A stretch of DNA of 64,000 bases. Source: Octopus vulgaris. Taxonomy: Eukaryota. Each line of letters opens with the position of its first letter. Positions within the stretch are counted from its first letter, which is position 1. Under the pieces are notes generated by a model. It saw nothing but the letters and a program-made list of their open reading frames with translations. It had not been told where the DNA came from and ran no database searches. The stretch lies in the NCBI GenBank assembly GCA_951406725.2, contig OX597832.1, positions 66,588,001-66,652,000 of the forward strand, written 5' to 3'. Position numbers and translations under genes: made by a program. Shown piece by piece: positions 25,851 through 39,650 of the stretch.

Positions 25851-28800
25851 ATATGATGGCTGTCTCCACGTTATCGAGTATGGCCATTGCACGAGGCTTA
25901 ATTGTTATCGGTGCTGTGATCGAATGTGATCACTGCTAAAGATCTACTTATCTTGAACAGAATTGGCAGCTAAAAACTTTATCGGCAATAGCCGGCTGTA
26001 GCTGTAACTGGGCTTAATGTACCTATGCATGTTGTTTAAGTACTCCCACCGAATTACACTCCTTTCTACATACCTGACGGATATGATTAGTATGGTGTGT
26101 AACACCACCACCATTTAGAATGGTTGTCAATCACCTGTCTCGCTTTATGACTACGAAGATGACGCTTTACTGAGGCAGGGTCTTGCACAGATACTGCATG
26201 TCAGCATCATAGGAAGGTCCTTACCATCTGGAAGTGCAACAGCGATGTTCTTTCTGACATCCTTCATTACTTTCTTATGCGCAACTCGAGATTTCTCAAA
26301 AGTATATGTCCCCTCGTGCACAATCCTTTTCCACGGTCAATAGCTATGCCCTCCCATGTGTCAGGGAAGATGCAAGCATATCTTAAGGAAGCCTTCGGCA
26401 AGTCCTCATTCCTCTTTTTTGATTTATGTGGAGGTCTTTCTCCTATATCTAACTCTCCATAAAAGAGTTGTTATGGCATCCTTGAATCCTTCATCCTGAC
26501 CAGATGACCACTCCATCTAAGCCGTTGCTCTAACATAAGAGCTTCTATACTTTCACGCTGAGATCTTTCCAATATTTCAAGATCACTGATGCGGTCTTTC
26601 CACTTAATGCCATAGATCCGTCTGCGACATATCTGATCGAAACATTCCAGTTGTTTTGGTGGTATCGATATGTGACACACGCCTCGCAGGCACTAAGAAG
26701 AGAAGATAGCACACACACCTTGTACACCTTTATTTTAGTCTTCCTGCATATTTCTCGCCGACTCCAGAGGCGCCTTTGTAGCCTTCCGAAAGCATCACTT
26801 GCTTTCCTAATTGTGTATGGAATTTCTTTATCCAAATTGCTGTAGCTATTAACTGTGCTTCTCAGGTAGACAAACTGATCAACAACATAAAATAGTTTAC
26901 CATACACATAGATATTTGGTTCACTATACTGCTTAGAAGGGGCAGGTTTGTCCCTGACAACAATTTTCTTGAGACTCACTGTCAATTCTAAAGCAATAAT
27001 ATTCGCCTATATTTACCACAATCATTCTGTTGCCCTTTCCCTTATACAAGACCACCATTACTGTATATCTCCAGTCCTCAGGTACAGATTCACAAGCCTG
27101 TATCCTACCAAACAAAGAGTGAATTTGCTTCAGAGGTTTCTCACCACCATTCTGTAACAACTATGCAATTATGCCATCAATACCCGGAGACTTCCCATTA
27201 TTCATCCTTGAGACAGCCTCTGCAACTTCTTCCAATTTTGGTGGTTCTGCGAGGGATGAGATTGAGAACATCCTCACTAACTACAGACTGCTGATTCAAA
27301 AGTTCATCAAAGTGTTCTCGCCACCTTCGCAGAATTCCTTGTGAATCACGGAGAAGTTCTTTACCATCCCTGTTTCGAAGTGGTGTCATCAGAGAAGTCG
27401 GTCCATAAACTTCTCTTAAGAGACCATACAATAGCTTTGTGTTATTGGAATCCGACGCCGCGCTCATCTGAGAGAGCCTCCGCTCACACGTGATTTCACA
27501 TCCTTGAGTTCCCTATGCAATACTTCTTTTTCCTGTGGTTTTGCTGAGAAATAGCTTGACAAAGTACGTCTGTTATCAGCCAATAAATCATCTATATGTT
27601 CATCATTTTCTTTGAACCAATCTTGATGCTTTCTTTGTATCAATCCCAGAACTTTCTTGCCTATATCATAAACTGACTTTTTAAGGATCGGCCAATGCTC
27701 CCCAATATCTGCAACATTAAGTTCTTCTCGTAAAGTTCTCTTCACACTATTACACCTAAGACGATCAACATTCAGTCTTTTAGGCAGGGTAATCCATGCA
27801 GCTCGGATTTTATGTTTTGTGACTAATTTCACTTTTGCACGTTCTAGGCGGTGGTCAGTCCAACACTCAGCCCCACGAAGAACACGAACACACTGCACAT
27901 CTTGTCTGTCACGCACCCTAACAAGGATGAAATCCAGAATATGCCCTTCTTTAGATGCAGGGTTCATAAATGTGGTCTTAAACTTATTCTTTTGTTGAAA
28001 CATAGTATTAGTAAAACACTGACGCAGCTCCTGACACATCTGCGTGCAGAAGCATGCCATTACTATTAAACTTTCCCACTTCATGCTTTGCAATTACTAT
28101 GTGTTAAAATCCTCATCCACTCTACCATTAAAGTCACTCAGTACGATGATGTTGTCTGCCCGAGGGTTATTATCTGATAATGTCCATAGTTGGAGCATAC
28201 ACACTCACCAAGATCTCATAATTTCCTTTAGCCAAAGGAATTCTCATGGACATAAGACACTCGTTAATCCCGACTGGGAATTCTTTCAACTTGTCCACAA
28301 GAGTAAACTTAACAGTAAATGCCAGTCCAGCCCCTCCTCTAAACTCTTCTTTCCTCCCTTTCCAAAAGAATGCATATTTTCCACAAGATTCTGCAAGATG
28401 ACCATCTCCAGCTAATCTCGTCTCAGATAAAGCAACGATGTCAAGATCATGGCGTCGAAGCTCATTCGAAACAAGCGAAGTCCTTCGTTTAGGACATTCA
28501 GAGGACTCGCATTCAAGCAGCGTCTGTACATTCCAACAGCCAATATTCAATATTTTATTTGGTTCTATCACAGTAGCATAATTACGGCCAGGTTCAGACT
28601 GTGATGCTCTGGAGCCACAGCCAGCCCAGACTCTTTCATCTGATGTGGTTCCAGATTCCTTACTGCCATTCATTTTTATACTGTTTTGGTACATCATTGA
28701 TTATTTGCATTTTAAGGCTACAGCCATTCCGTTGAGACTCACAGCACTATCAACAATCCTGAATTAGTTAATCAATTGAAGCAATCAACCAACCAACCAA

Positions 28801-29095
28801 CCAATCAATCAATCAATCAATGTTGTTATCGTGCAATGCCTGTGCAAGAGGATTTTTTTTTTGAGTGAGGAAAGGCTGTGATCTGAGTTAATCCCACTCA
28901 CTAAGCAACAGTAGCCATTGTCAGAAAAGAAGAATAATCAACATCATCGGTAACTACTGGGCTACAGGTTTTATGTCGGGGTTATCCCAGTTACCTGAGT
29001 TGCTAGGGGTCCTTCACTCCCAATGGTTTAACCGCGCGATCGGATATTCAGTCCGATTACTTCTATGTCCCAGGCATAATACAGCCACAAGCTTG
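25849..29095 (-). mobile_element. RTE-clade LINE, pseudogenised, RT core deleted
   Basis: APE motifs IGCWNVQTL, DIVALSETRL, SVYAPT, ILDFILV..RDRQDV and TDHRL; RT start W..TVMVVLYKGKG; C-terminal FVYL.S, TKIKVYK.CVLSSLL..CE and RLRWSGHLVRM.DSRMP; 3' end in (TA)n. The 5' limit is approximate. Confidence 0.92.
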
Positions 29096-29309
29096 ATAAA
29101 ATAGATATAAGGAAAAATGAAACAACAAAAAATATATTATATATAAAAAATAATGATATACAAAATATACATAAAATATCCGCTGTGAAGTATATAAAAT
29201 ATATATAAATATATATATATATAATGAGGAAGCTATAAAAGTATATAATATATAAAATTACTGAGAAAAAGGCAGATATACAGTAAATATATAATTACAC
29301 ATTTATTGG

Positions 29310-29495
29310 ATGACCGTTGACTCTCAAGTGTTCCTCGCCCTTTGACGGGTTTTGTTTTTCATCCTGTAGGATGTCCAATAAACACCCTCCTCACCAAGAT
29401 TGGTGGGGTTGCCGGTTTAGTCGCCGACGTCCCGACCATGCGACAGGTTGTACTGAGTTACATGCTACCAATAGCACTCGAAAGTGACCTGACAT
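29310..29495 (-). mobile_element. GC-rich repeat fragment, probably the 5' UTR of a second RTE family
   Basis: GC-rich island abutting (TA)n with a related copy at 7880-8015; family assignment is inference. Confidence 0.4.
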
Positions 29496-30648
29496 AATAT
29501 ATATATATACATACATACAAACATGCCTTTATACATGCGTACATACATGTACTCATACATACATATGTAATGGCCTGAATATCATGCAATTAACACAAAA
29601 GATAGACAAACAACACACGAGTCAAACAAGTGGTTGAAAATCGTAGAAATATAAAGCGTTAAAAAGGACATTCAATGTAGAATCCTGTGCAGATAGATGA
29701 AGAAAAGATTATGCATGAAAATATCCAAGAATGAAATCAAACAATTACACATGAAGTAAAGAATTCTATCATTTTGCACTGATTCCGTTGTTTTACGTAT
29801 TGTTGCTTTTACTACTACACTATTTGCCGTTTCTATTCGCCATTTCTATCGGTTACATGGAGCTCATTAATTCGACCTGATTTGAGATCGTAACTGTCCA
29901 AACTGTGACGTTCCTGTCTCTCATTGGATGCATTATATGATCGAAAAGTGAATTAATTTAGGTCAGTCATTTGGCTATTTTTAGGTCAGTCAGATGGTTA
30001 CTTTTGGCTCCTTATTTGGGATTATAATTTGAAGATATTCATGAAGAGGCTTACATATAGATATTAAAAGTTCCCTAAACGCAAAGTTAGCAAAATTCGT
30101 TCATCCATATTTGATCCACCATTTTTTCAAAATGCATCATCGATCAATATCGAGGTGGTTCTTCATGTTTTGTTTTAAGGAGGACTATCAGTTCATCAAC
30201 CATGACATGGTGACCTACTTATGTGAGCAACTAATAATATAATCGACAATGGCATGAATGATGTTTATTATACTCAAGATAAGTTCTTAAAAATTCTACA
30301 ACCTGTCGGTTATTCACTCAGTGGTTTTACTATTTCTTTTATTTGTAAATATATATTCTGCTCACAGGTTTTCTCTCTTTATCTTGGTAGTTTTCTTTAA
30401 TTTTCCGTTCTGAAACACGCAACTTCAGAAACAGGTGTATGATTAACCTCCATCAGAATTATGACAGAATCTTAATCAACTTCAAAGTTGAAATTGACAG
30501 CAATTGTCATAATAGGAATGCTATTCACTCGCAAACCTCTCACCTATCGCAATCTAGTGAAGTTTCTCCATTGGTTGACTTCGTGTGGTTTCTGCATTGA
30601 ATCTTTTAATTCCATAATGAGATTTTAGGTAAGCTAATAACGATATGA

Positions 30649-30796
30649 ATGTCAATATTACAGAAGTGCATTAATATCATTATACCGCTGAATACCATAG
30701 TCAATTGTAATAATTTGAAAGACATCTTGCCTATCTTTCTGTCAAGTTTCATAATGTTATTACTGCTGTCTACTTCAGTACAACCAATTTCCCGAG
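30649..30796 (+). CDS. Candidate first coding exon of a secreted/membrane host protein (signal peptide)
   Basis: ATG 30649 opens MSILQKCINIIIPLNTIVNCNNLKDILPIFLSSFIMLLLLSTSVQPISR, ending at a consensus phase-1 donor GAG|GTAAGT. Confidence 0.4.
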
Positions 30797-32089
30797 GTAA
30801 GTCGAATTAAAGAAAGGATTCATTTAGATTTTATATAAATTGATATGTAGCCATTATTGTGCGATCTTCTTACATATGATTTAATATTTAGGAAATTCTT
30901 GAATAGCGACGAACCACTTTTTATCACTTATTCTATCACCGATGTAGGAATTGTTTTATGATGATGATACTTAAGTAGGAATATTAACTGCCACCAAGCG
31001 GCATGAAACTCTTTCAAGACCATTATTCATTATTAATAAAACTGTGCTTGTGAAGAATTTCTTCCCTTTTTAGTCGTAGAAAATACAGAACCCGTCCATG
31101 TATTGTATACACATGTATACGCACAAATGTTCAGAGACACGCTCGTATAAGTACACACATAGGGACACAAAAGCACACAGCTATATATATATATATATAT
31201 GAATACGTAATACAATATTTTGTATGGTTACTTAAATACATATAGATATACGTACATAGGAGGTCAATCTGTGCTAAGTGCCTTTACTCCGCGTGTTTTA
31301 GCCTCGTTACTACGGCAACAATCGGGATATTTATTGATCAGATCACGTACACAAACGTACACGCACACGCACACACACACACAAAGTCTCAAACACACAC
31401 AATTATGCACTCACCTGTATATATGCATAGATATATGCATACATACATAATTCGGTCTGCTGATCTGTCAGCTTACAAAGGAGATGTCGCTCGCAGTACA
31501 CTTGCAGTTACTGTCTTCACGTATACATGTTTTTAGCCTTCAAAATTGGTCACTGCCCGTGGTTAAAGAAATAGACACATGTACACCAAGCTGTTCTTTG
31601 TTACTGAAATCTCGATTTATCGATATGTAGAGGTTAACCGTCCAACACAAGGATGATGGTGGTGGCCGTCTTAAACTTTATATTCATGCCATAAGAGATA
31701 TAAGTAACATCTGCAACCGATTTAAAACGTCAGTAAAATATTACCCGGTAAATATTGTTAGCTAAAAAACAAAAAAACAAAAAAAAAAGCAATATCAGGA
31801 CAGCGAATGAGCTTCAGGAAGGACAGGAATAAGAGATGATGAAGATGTTTCCACAAAATATATAGGAAAATATTATCTAATAAGACCACATTTTCTTTTT
31901 AAGGGGCCGATTCTCTGAGAAGGTAGCGCATGCATAATTAGCACGAAAGCCGCAATCAGGAGATGAGATACCACACCAAAATAATGGCATAGAGAACCAA
32001 TACGATTATGGCATTGAACTTTGAAGACTACTTTCATACATTCCGAGACCGAAAAACTCAGTCAATGAACGTAGACTCTGCAAAACTAA

Positions 32090-32205
32090 AATTGGCAATG
32101 TCACATCACCAGCGATGAAGGAATTGTTTCGCACAAGACATAAGTCCCACTCGTTGCACAACTAGACTGTGGTCACAATACTTTATGAAACATAGGACAA
32201 ATTAT
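32090..32205 (+). repeat. Arm 1 of an inverted ~115-bp duplication (partner 33888-34005)
   Basis: GTCACATCACCAGCGATGAAGGAATTGTTTCGCACAAGACATAAGTCCCACTCGTTGCACAACTAGACTGTGGTCACAATAC closely matches the reverse complement of the partner. Confidence 0.85.
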
Positions 32206-33319
32206 GATAGAGATTTTGCAAATGTGGTAGTGCAGTTATTCTTTCGTTTACTTATCTATTTTTTTTTTTTTGGAGCAACAGCATATATATTTGAGACGAT
32301 AAAATACTGCAAGAACTTCTTAATACTTAAAGGATAATGAAGAAAAATAAACGAGGTGTATTCCTTTCCAAACTTGTTACTAAGCATGTGGCTTCTCAAA
32401 ATTAACTGTAAATTAAAAAGAGAAAGGGAAAAGAAACATGCGCACTATTATAATCTGGTCAATCTGTCGTTAGTTTCTTTTTAATGATAAAATAAATTTT
32501 CTAGAAAAATGAGTTGCTACATTCCGGCACGAGGAATAACTGTGTAGGCAATCATTTTTAGTCTTATAGGCTGGTACGTATACAGTTCAGTTTGAAATCA
32601 GCTGTGAATTAGTAACGTAAGGCCGATCTCAGAGCAGGCGATTATATCCTCTCAATTTACTATCATATTTGACTAATAGCATGTCCACATCTTTAAGATA
32701 CAGTATTGAATTTGAGATGAAATTGGTTGCTGTTCTATCAGGAAAATCCGCTCACAACCACACAAACTATTTTTGAAAAAATAGAATTAAAATAAAATGT
32801 ATAACTGCTTAAAGGATTCTCCATAATAAGACTTAGTCCCACAACATGATATTCAGTCTCTATCAATATTGTTGTTGTTAATATCGACGATGTGCCTGGT
32901 TAACTCTATTAATTAATTCCCTCTCTAAACAATGAACAAGGTATTGCTTTCTCTTGCAGGCATTCATCCCCTCAAAAGAAATATACTACCAAATGAGTCC
33001 TCCTATCCATTAGGCCGAAAAGAGAGATTTTGTGTGCAATTGCGTTGTATATATGTCTAGGCCACAAAGAGAATTTCTTGTTGGTATAGCTATCACGGAT
33101 ATTTAGTGCATTATAGATATTTCCTAGAGTATGATTAAATTAGAATTCATTGCGATTGAAGGTTCGTTATTGGGCTCAGTGATCATGTTTTCATCGTCGG
33201 TACAGAGACTTCATCCGTCCTCACAGTATAGTATATTTTTCTTTCTCTTATTTCCTGAACCTCAATTCCTAAAAATACACGACGGCACAATATACTATTA
33301 TTCCGTATGAGTACTTCAT

Positions 33320-33402
<83 letters not shown>

Positions 33403-33887
33403 TTGCCAACATGTTATCACTTAGGCTATTATTTCTCTTCAATATCATAAAAATACACAAGATTTGAGCTGTTGCTAGCACGTAAGTCTGACTGGAGTGG
33501 ACCTGCAGTGATGCTGCTAAATACATGCGTCTAAATAAAATGAATAGGCTCTCGGGAAAATGTTCAAAGACTTGTTTACAACAAACCCTATTTCCAGCAA
33601 GCGTAGATTATTCTTATATGCCTATAATGGTAGCAAAGCGTCAGTTAGGAACAAACTCATCAGCTAATACAAATACATACAATATTGTTCACAGATTTCT
33701 GTACGTTTAAAAATAAACGCTACACCACGTTAATAAAAAGTAAGCCTACGTTTTATTCTCTGTTGCAAGGTCTCAAAAAATGTGTTTTGGCAAGCTTCAA
33801 AATTTTCCAGCAGATCAAACAGACTTGTAATTATCTATCCTACAAACCTGTTGTGATATGCCATACTAACCTCTTTGCAGACACCAA

Positions 33888-34005
33888 TCTTGCCCCATGT
33901 TTCGTAACGTATTGTGACCACAGTCTAGTTGTGCAACCAGTGTGACTTATGTCTTGTGCGAGCGAAACAATTCCTTCTTCGTTGGTGATGTGTCATTGTC
34001 ACAAT
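33888..34005 (-). repeat. Arm 2 of the inverted ~115-bp duplication
   Basis: Reverse complement reads GACACATCACCAACGAAGAAGGAATTGTTTCGCTCGCACAAGACATAAGTCACACTGGTTGCACAACTAGACTGTGGTCACAATAC. Confidence 0.85.
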
Positions 34006-35729
34006 TTATGAAGCCTCACTGCGTCATTTATCTTCAATTCTGATTTCCCATTCTTTAAACGTCTTCCATCAAAGCGTATCGATTTTGTCAATGGCTTCAT
34101 CTTTAAAAACGACCGGCAGATTTATGTTGGTGTCGAACAATTTTCAGAAGCACTCCGGCAAGGACTCGATGGTGGCTGCTTACGATGCAGAAGAACAAGT
34201 AGAAGAGCTACTCTACAGGAAGAGTTACTTGAACATCGCATACAAATTTAATGACAATTGTCAGTCAATAAAAATATGCCCACTTTTGCATTGCTTTTGG
34301 TATATCACTAAAACTCACTTCCTCTTAGATTCTCTCTCGCTTACTCTTTTTCTGTTCCTCCCTCTCTCCCTCTCTCTCACACACATACACACACACAAAC
34401 ACGCTCATAGTTATCATTATGTCTATATGAGTCTGTTGTATCTACAGAAAACGCGCATGGCTGCGTGTTTGTGCCTTCTTTTTTATACAGCGCGTATTTC
34501 AGTAAAGAGAACTTCGCATCACCAACCCTTCATTTCCCGATCATGTCTAGATGCCGTTGTAGTACAGCCACGCAGTTAATTTTTAACGGATTTGACTTCC
34601 ATCAGTAAGTAAAGGATAATTTGAATAGATTTTCTATTTTGATTAGCAAGAGCTAAAAGAATTTTTTTTTAAATGCAGTTAGTTACAAGTTAGTTACAGT
34701 CTTTATTTTGTTCTCTAATTCAAACATAGAAAACACGTAAAACTTACAAATCTCGTGATGCTGTGTTGTTTTATTTTGTTGTTTTATTATTTTGTTTTGC
34801 AGTATAGACATTTTTCTTTATATAGCAGTCATGTTTTGTTTCATAATTACATTGAATTCGATATAAAGAACTTTAAATTGAAACCTCCATCAATTACAAC
34901 ATTATATTGGATAATGCTTCACATGTCCTCATTAAGAAGTCTTTCAGAGAAATATAAGACATCGCTTTGTGCATAGTATGGAAATGAATGCGGAGAGCAG
35001 TGTAAAACTCCAACTTATAACAGAATAGCCAAGCCATGTCATGTTTTGGTGATCAAGTAAATGGAATTCAAACGATTAACAAAAGATAATTCTCGTACAC
35101 AAATTTTCACTGAGTGTAATTACTGTTTTACCATCACTGATGAAGGTTCACCTTGCTGCATCGTGATTGCATCAAAAGCTCCATGAATGTATAGTAAGAA
35201 GGAAATTAGGAAAAAAAAAAGAAAAAAGAGAAAAAATATCAGAAATTAGTTTTTGTTTTGTTTGTTTCTCTCTCTTTTATTTTCGTTTTTGTCAACATAT
35301 AGCAGGAGCCAGTTAAAAGAGAGTATTCACTATGTTGTCACGAGTTTCTATCTTTTCAATTTACCCATTGGCTATGTTGTTCGGTTTCCCAATTTCTTTG
35401 AGGGTAACTTATATTACAAAGATGTGCGTGGGAAACACGGACTTTTCATTTATTTGTGAAACTCACACGTTTGCTAGTATATACCAACAACACTGAAAAG
35501 CAGACAACTAATGTGTTCTGTGTTCTGTCAACACTTCCACTCACACTTACATTCCTACATACATGAGTACGTACACAAATGCACATACACACACACAGAC
35601 ACACACACACACACAAACACACACACATATACGCCTGTTTACATGACCAAATATGTGTACATACGAATATATTCACAAAGCAATGAATACATACCTACAT
35701 CTATGCATACATGTATGTATGTATGTATG

Positions 35730-35816
<87 letters not shown>

Positions 35817-36629
35817 AACAGGGAAAGAAAATCGTAGTTCAAGTTTTAAGTATGTTACGAAGGAAATCACAAATGCATTTCTTTTTTTCTCTTTTTCTTT
35901 CCTTTTTAACGTGATATGCGTATCATTCATTCGGTTACGAGAATATCGATCGTCAGTTTCAATATTTATACATTTCTGTATAATCAGATAAAATACTTAG
36001 TTGTTTGAGTCTTTTACGATCGCCAAGATCCATATATGGATACATTAATACACTGGTGAAACTTTTGGTAGTAGATCACCTGAAAGCGTCATTGCATCAA
36101 CGATACGCATCCCCTGCCTGAAAGTGATCTAAAATGAAAACCACCGATCTGTATTTCCTGTCAATTTATTTTCTGAGAAACTTGTTAGTAGCTACAAAGC
36201 TGTTTTAATAACAAATGCAATGACTAATTGAAGAAAAGTAGATTTAATTTAGTCATGTTTGATAAAGTAAGTCGGTTTGCTTTTTCTTAGTCAGTAGTAT
36301 CAACATGATTCTCGACGAAAAATCCGCAGAAGATTTCATTTTAGTTCTAAAGCTGATAGTGACTAAATATAAGGAGGCTCTTTCGCTTATAACTCGTTCA
36401 GAAACCATACAGTAATATGTTTTGTAGGAAATTAGTTCATAGCACAAACAAATGTATGTATTCATATGTATATAAATGTATGTATATGTGTACGTATATC
36501 TATCTATTTATATCTATTTTTATATCTTCGTCCGTTTGAATTTTCATATTGTTAAAAAAAATGAGAGTGCTAACTATTCATTTCCGACTTGTTACACTTC
36601 ATGAGCATCATGTATTCACAATCTGCCGC

Positions 36630-36715
36630 ATTGCAAGACAAAATATGCCACGCAGTAGGACTGAACCCGGCACCATATAAGTAATAAGAAAAACATTCTT
36701 ACCACACAGACTCTT
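36630..36715 (-). mobile_element. Degraded head fragment of the tRNA-derived SINE (39162 family)
   Basis: GCCACGCAGTAGGACTGAACCCGG and CTTACCACACAG match the SINE head. Confidence 0.6.
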
Positions 36716-38444
36716 TTCTGTTTAACTGTTCATGATGGATATAATGATTTACTAAAAGTAGCAGAAGACAAGCCAAGTCCCTTTCATCATGACTCTTTTT
36801 TATCAGGCCTTAAGCGAGAAATAAGCATCTACAGCTAGTAGTATTCTTCCCAATCTACTTTCTATGTCTGTCTCTATCTCTATCTAACTGCCTGTCTGTC
36901 TATCATTCTCTTTCTCTCTCTCCCTCTGTGTCTATCTATCTATGTCTATATCTATCCCATTCCACCATAATCCTTTTCATCCACATTATCTCATACTCAC
37001 ATGTATTCCTTTGTGTTAGTTACTCTTAAGCTTGTGTCACAGTTTCATTATTAATAATTCTCATAATCCCCCGTCATTTATCTTCGCAATTTCTGTTTGC
37101 TCGTGTTTGTTTCTATTTTATGTTTTGTCTTCACTTTCCTATAATGCTTTACTGAACAGCTGAAACGTTTATATCTCGAGCTCATTCCATTTCCTATTTT
37201 CCTGTAAAGCTTAGTCGTTAAAAGTATTATTTATTAATGTGCTTTATTTCTTTTTTGCCAGTCCGTTAAATGGAAAAGTGTTAAGAGGAAGTCTGTTAAG
37301 ACGAGGCTTTATTGTATTAAATATAATGCAAATGAATTAATAATATTTTCTTTTTTGCACAGCCAAAAGTACATATCCATATAACATAGTTGGCTTCTAC
37401 CGAATAACAACTGATGTAACAATGTGAAAAAAGTTATTTCCAGAAATACCAGTCACCTTTTACAAGCTAATTAGGGATTTTTTTGATGATGCTGACTTCG
37501 AGATTATTTGTCATTATATACAGTGCGTTATTAGCTACGAGTGTATCAATACTTTTATATCAAATCTTTATGCCTCTGTTCAATATGATAAATAAATACT
37601 CTAGTTATTTCGAAATGAAATAGGAAGTGTAAGATATCACATTATCAGTAGTTCCATTACCTTTTGGTATTTGAATGGTAACTCAAACAAGTTGACGATC
37701 CCGACACATTTAAAAGTCTATTCGCTGGCATTTGATGTCGGATTCTGAATACATTAGCAAAAAGAACAAGAAAGATTTATTAACGAATATATTTTATTTA
37801 TCGAACGATTTATGTATGAAAGACTCAGCACATTCTAATCATAACAAACCGCCTTCGAATACAGGACCGAAAAGGCACGTTGAAAGTTATACTGTTACAA
37901 ATCTACAGTTGAATGAAGATTGTGATGGGGAGTTTATCATTATATGTTAAATCGAATATTCCTTGCAGATTAAAAGCAGTAACAAATGCCCTTCCGACAA
38001 GCAAATTAGCACATTTCAAATCGAACGCAATAAAGATAGAAATAAGGATAAGCGAATTGTAGAGACACTAAAAACTGGCGCAATATATAAGGGCTTAAGC
38101 ACTCTTTGCTACAAGTCTGCTCATTGAAGGCTTACAGCAATAGCCTTTCCCTCAAACTGATTAAGTTTCTCACGTTAAAAGTGTAATTTATTCTTAGCTA
38201 CCATAGTGACAACGTGACTTTCTTCCATCTTGCTCTGTTAAAATATTTGAGAAAAATTATATTAATGTGTCCTACTTGTTAAAATCCTTTATATTTATGT
38301 GTGCCACTGAAGATGGCGCTATATTTAGATTGTTGTTGATTTTGATTTTATATCTATCTATCTTTCCACCTGTCTATGTATGTATGTATGTATGTATGTA
38401 TGTATGTATGTATGTATGTATGTATGTATGTATGTATGTATGTA

Positions 38445-38483
<39 letters not shown>

Positions 38484-38486
<3 letters not shown>

Positions 38487-39060
38487 AATTAGTAAATAAA
38501 TGGCACAACTAAGTACCGATATTTACTGGAAATAGCGAACGTAAAAATACGACGCTAATGTGTAGCTTCACCGCGTATGTATTAGCAAAAAATGCGTGTG
38601 TGCAACAAAATAGAGAAAAAAAACCGTCTTACCTCCAGGGAGAACATCTGAAAGATGAAACACCCGGAAAATGGATAATGTGGTACCTGCAGGTTTCAGG
38701 TTTTGCAAGATATGTCTCTCACCCATATTTTGCTTTACCTTCTTCAGCCAAACATATACCAAGACGAAATCTACGATGTTACCACATTAATACTAACACA
38801 CTCGACTGAAATACGGAACGCTAACAGTACGAGAAACGGTGAAGAAGTTTCCTGGAAAATTTTTCTCTATTTTGTTGCACACACGCATTTTTGCTAATAC
38901 ATACGCGGTGAAGCTACACATTAGCGTCGTATTTTTCCGTTCGCTATTTCCAGTAAATATCGGTACTTAGTTGTGCCATTTATTTACTAATTTGTGTATT
39001 TTTCCCTCACGGGCTACTTTTTACTGGAAGGCAATACTTTGTATTGCATTACTGATTTTT
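38484..39060. mobile_element. Non-coding hammerhead-bearing element with ~137-bp inverted arms, inserted in (TA)n (PLE-like)
   Basis: Arms 38484-38620 and 38860-38995 differ by 1 substitution and 1 indel; the right arm has a ~65-nt extra tail; hammerhead in the spacer. Confidence 0.8.
38678..38755 (-). ncRNA. Type-I hammerhead ribozyme
   Basis: Minus strand: ATGTTTGG-CTGAAGA-AGGT..GCAAAATATG..CATATCTTGC..ACCT-GAAA-CCTGCAGG-TA-CCACAT; intact core, extended stem II, palindromic stem III, GUA cleavage triplet. Confidence 0.8.
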
Positions 39061-39161
39061 TATATATTTATATATGTATATATATAAATATATATACATA
39101 CACACATACATATATATATATGTATATATATGTAGAGATATATGTATATGTATATATATAT

Positions 39162-39578
39162 TCTCTCTTTTACATGTTTCAGTCATTTGACTGCGGCCAT
39201 GCTGGAGCACCGCCTTTAGTCGAGGAAATCGAACCCGGGGCTTATTTTTTGTAAGTCCAGTACTTATTCTATCGGTCTCTTTTGCCGAACCGCTAATGAC
39301 GGGGACGTAAACACACCAGCATCGGTTGTCAAGCAATGCTGGGGGGACAAACACAGACACACAGACACACACACACATACATATATATATATGTATATAT
39401 ATATGTATATACATATATACGACAGGCTTCTTTCAGTTTCCGCCTACCAAATCCACTCACAAGGCATTAGTCCGCCCGGGGCTATAGCAGAAGACACTTG
39501 CCCAACATGCCACACAGTGGGACTGAACCTGGAACCAAGTGGTTGGTTAGCAAGCTACTTACCACACAGTCACTCCTG
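39162..39578 (-). mobile_element. Full-length tRNA-derived SINE with CORE-like domain (octopus OR/OK-type)
   Basis: Head GGAGTGACTGTGTGGTAAG (A box) and GGTTCAGTCCC (B box), TGGGCAAGTGTCTT core-like motif, internal (TA/TG)n, tail ..CAGCATGGCCGCAGTCAAATGACTGAAAC. Confidence 0.88.
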
Positions 39579-39580
39579 TA

Positions 39581-39650
<70 letters not shown>

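Noticed and set aside
29310-29495. HDV-like ribozyme (TTCCTCG loop) in a putative RTE 5' UTR
   Set aside because: Could not build the P1/P2/P3 nested pseudoknot by eye on either strand
32944-33060. Strong + strand acceptor TTGCTTTCTCTTGCAG as a coding exon
   Set aside because: No convincing donor before the stop codons; peptide unrecognisable
35137-35160. CTGATGAAGGT as a hammerhead
   Set aside because: No GAAA after the short stem and no stem I/III
38484-38995. MITE/foldback DNA transposon interpretation of the inverted arms
   Set aside because: The asymmetric tail beyond one arm and the internal hammerhead favour a PLE-type retro-origin, though this is not excluded without more copies
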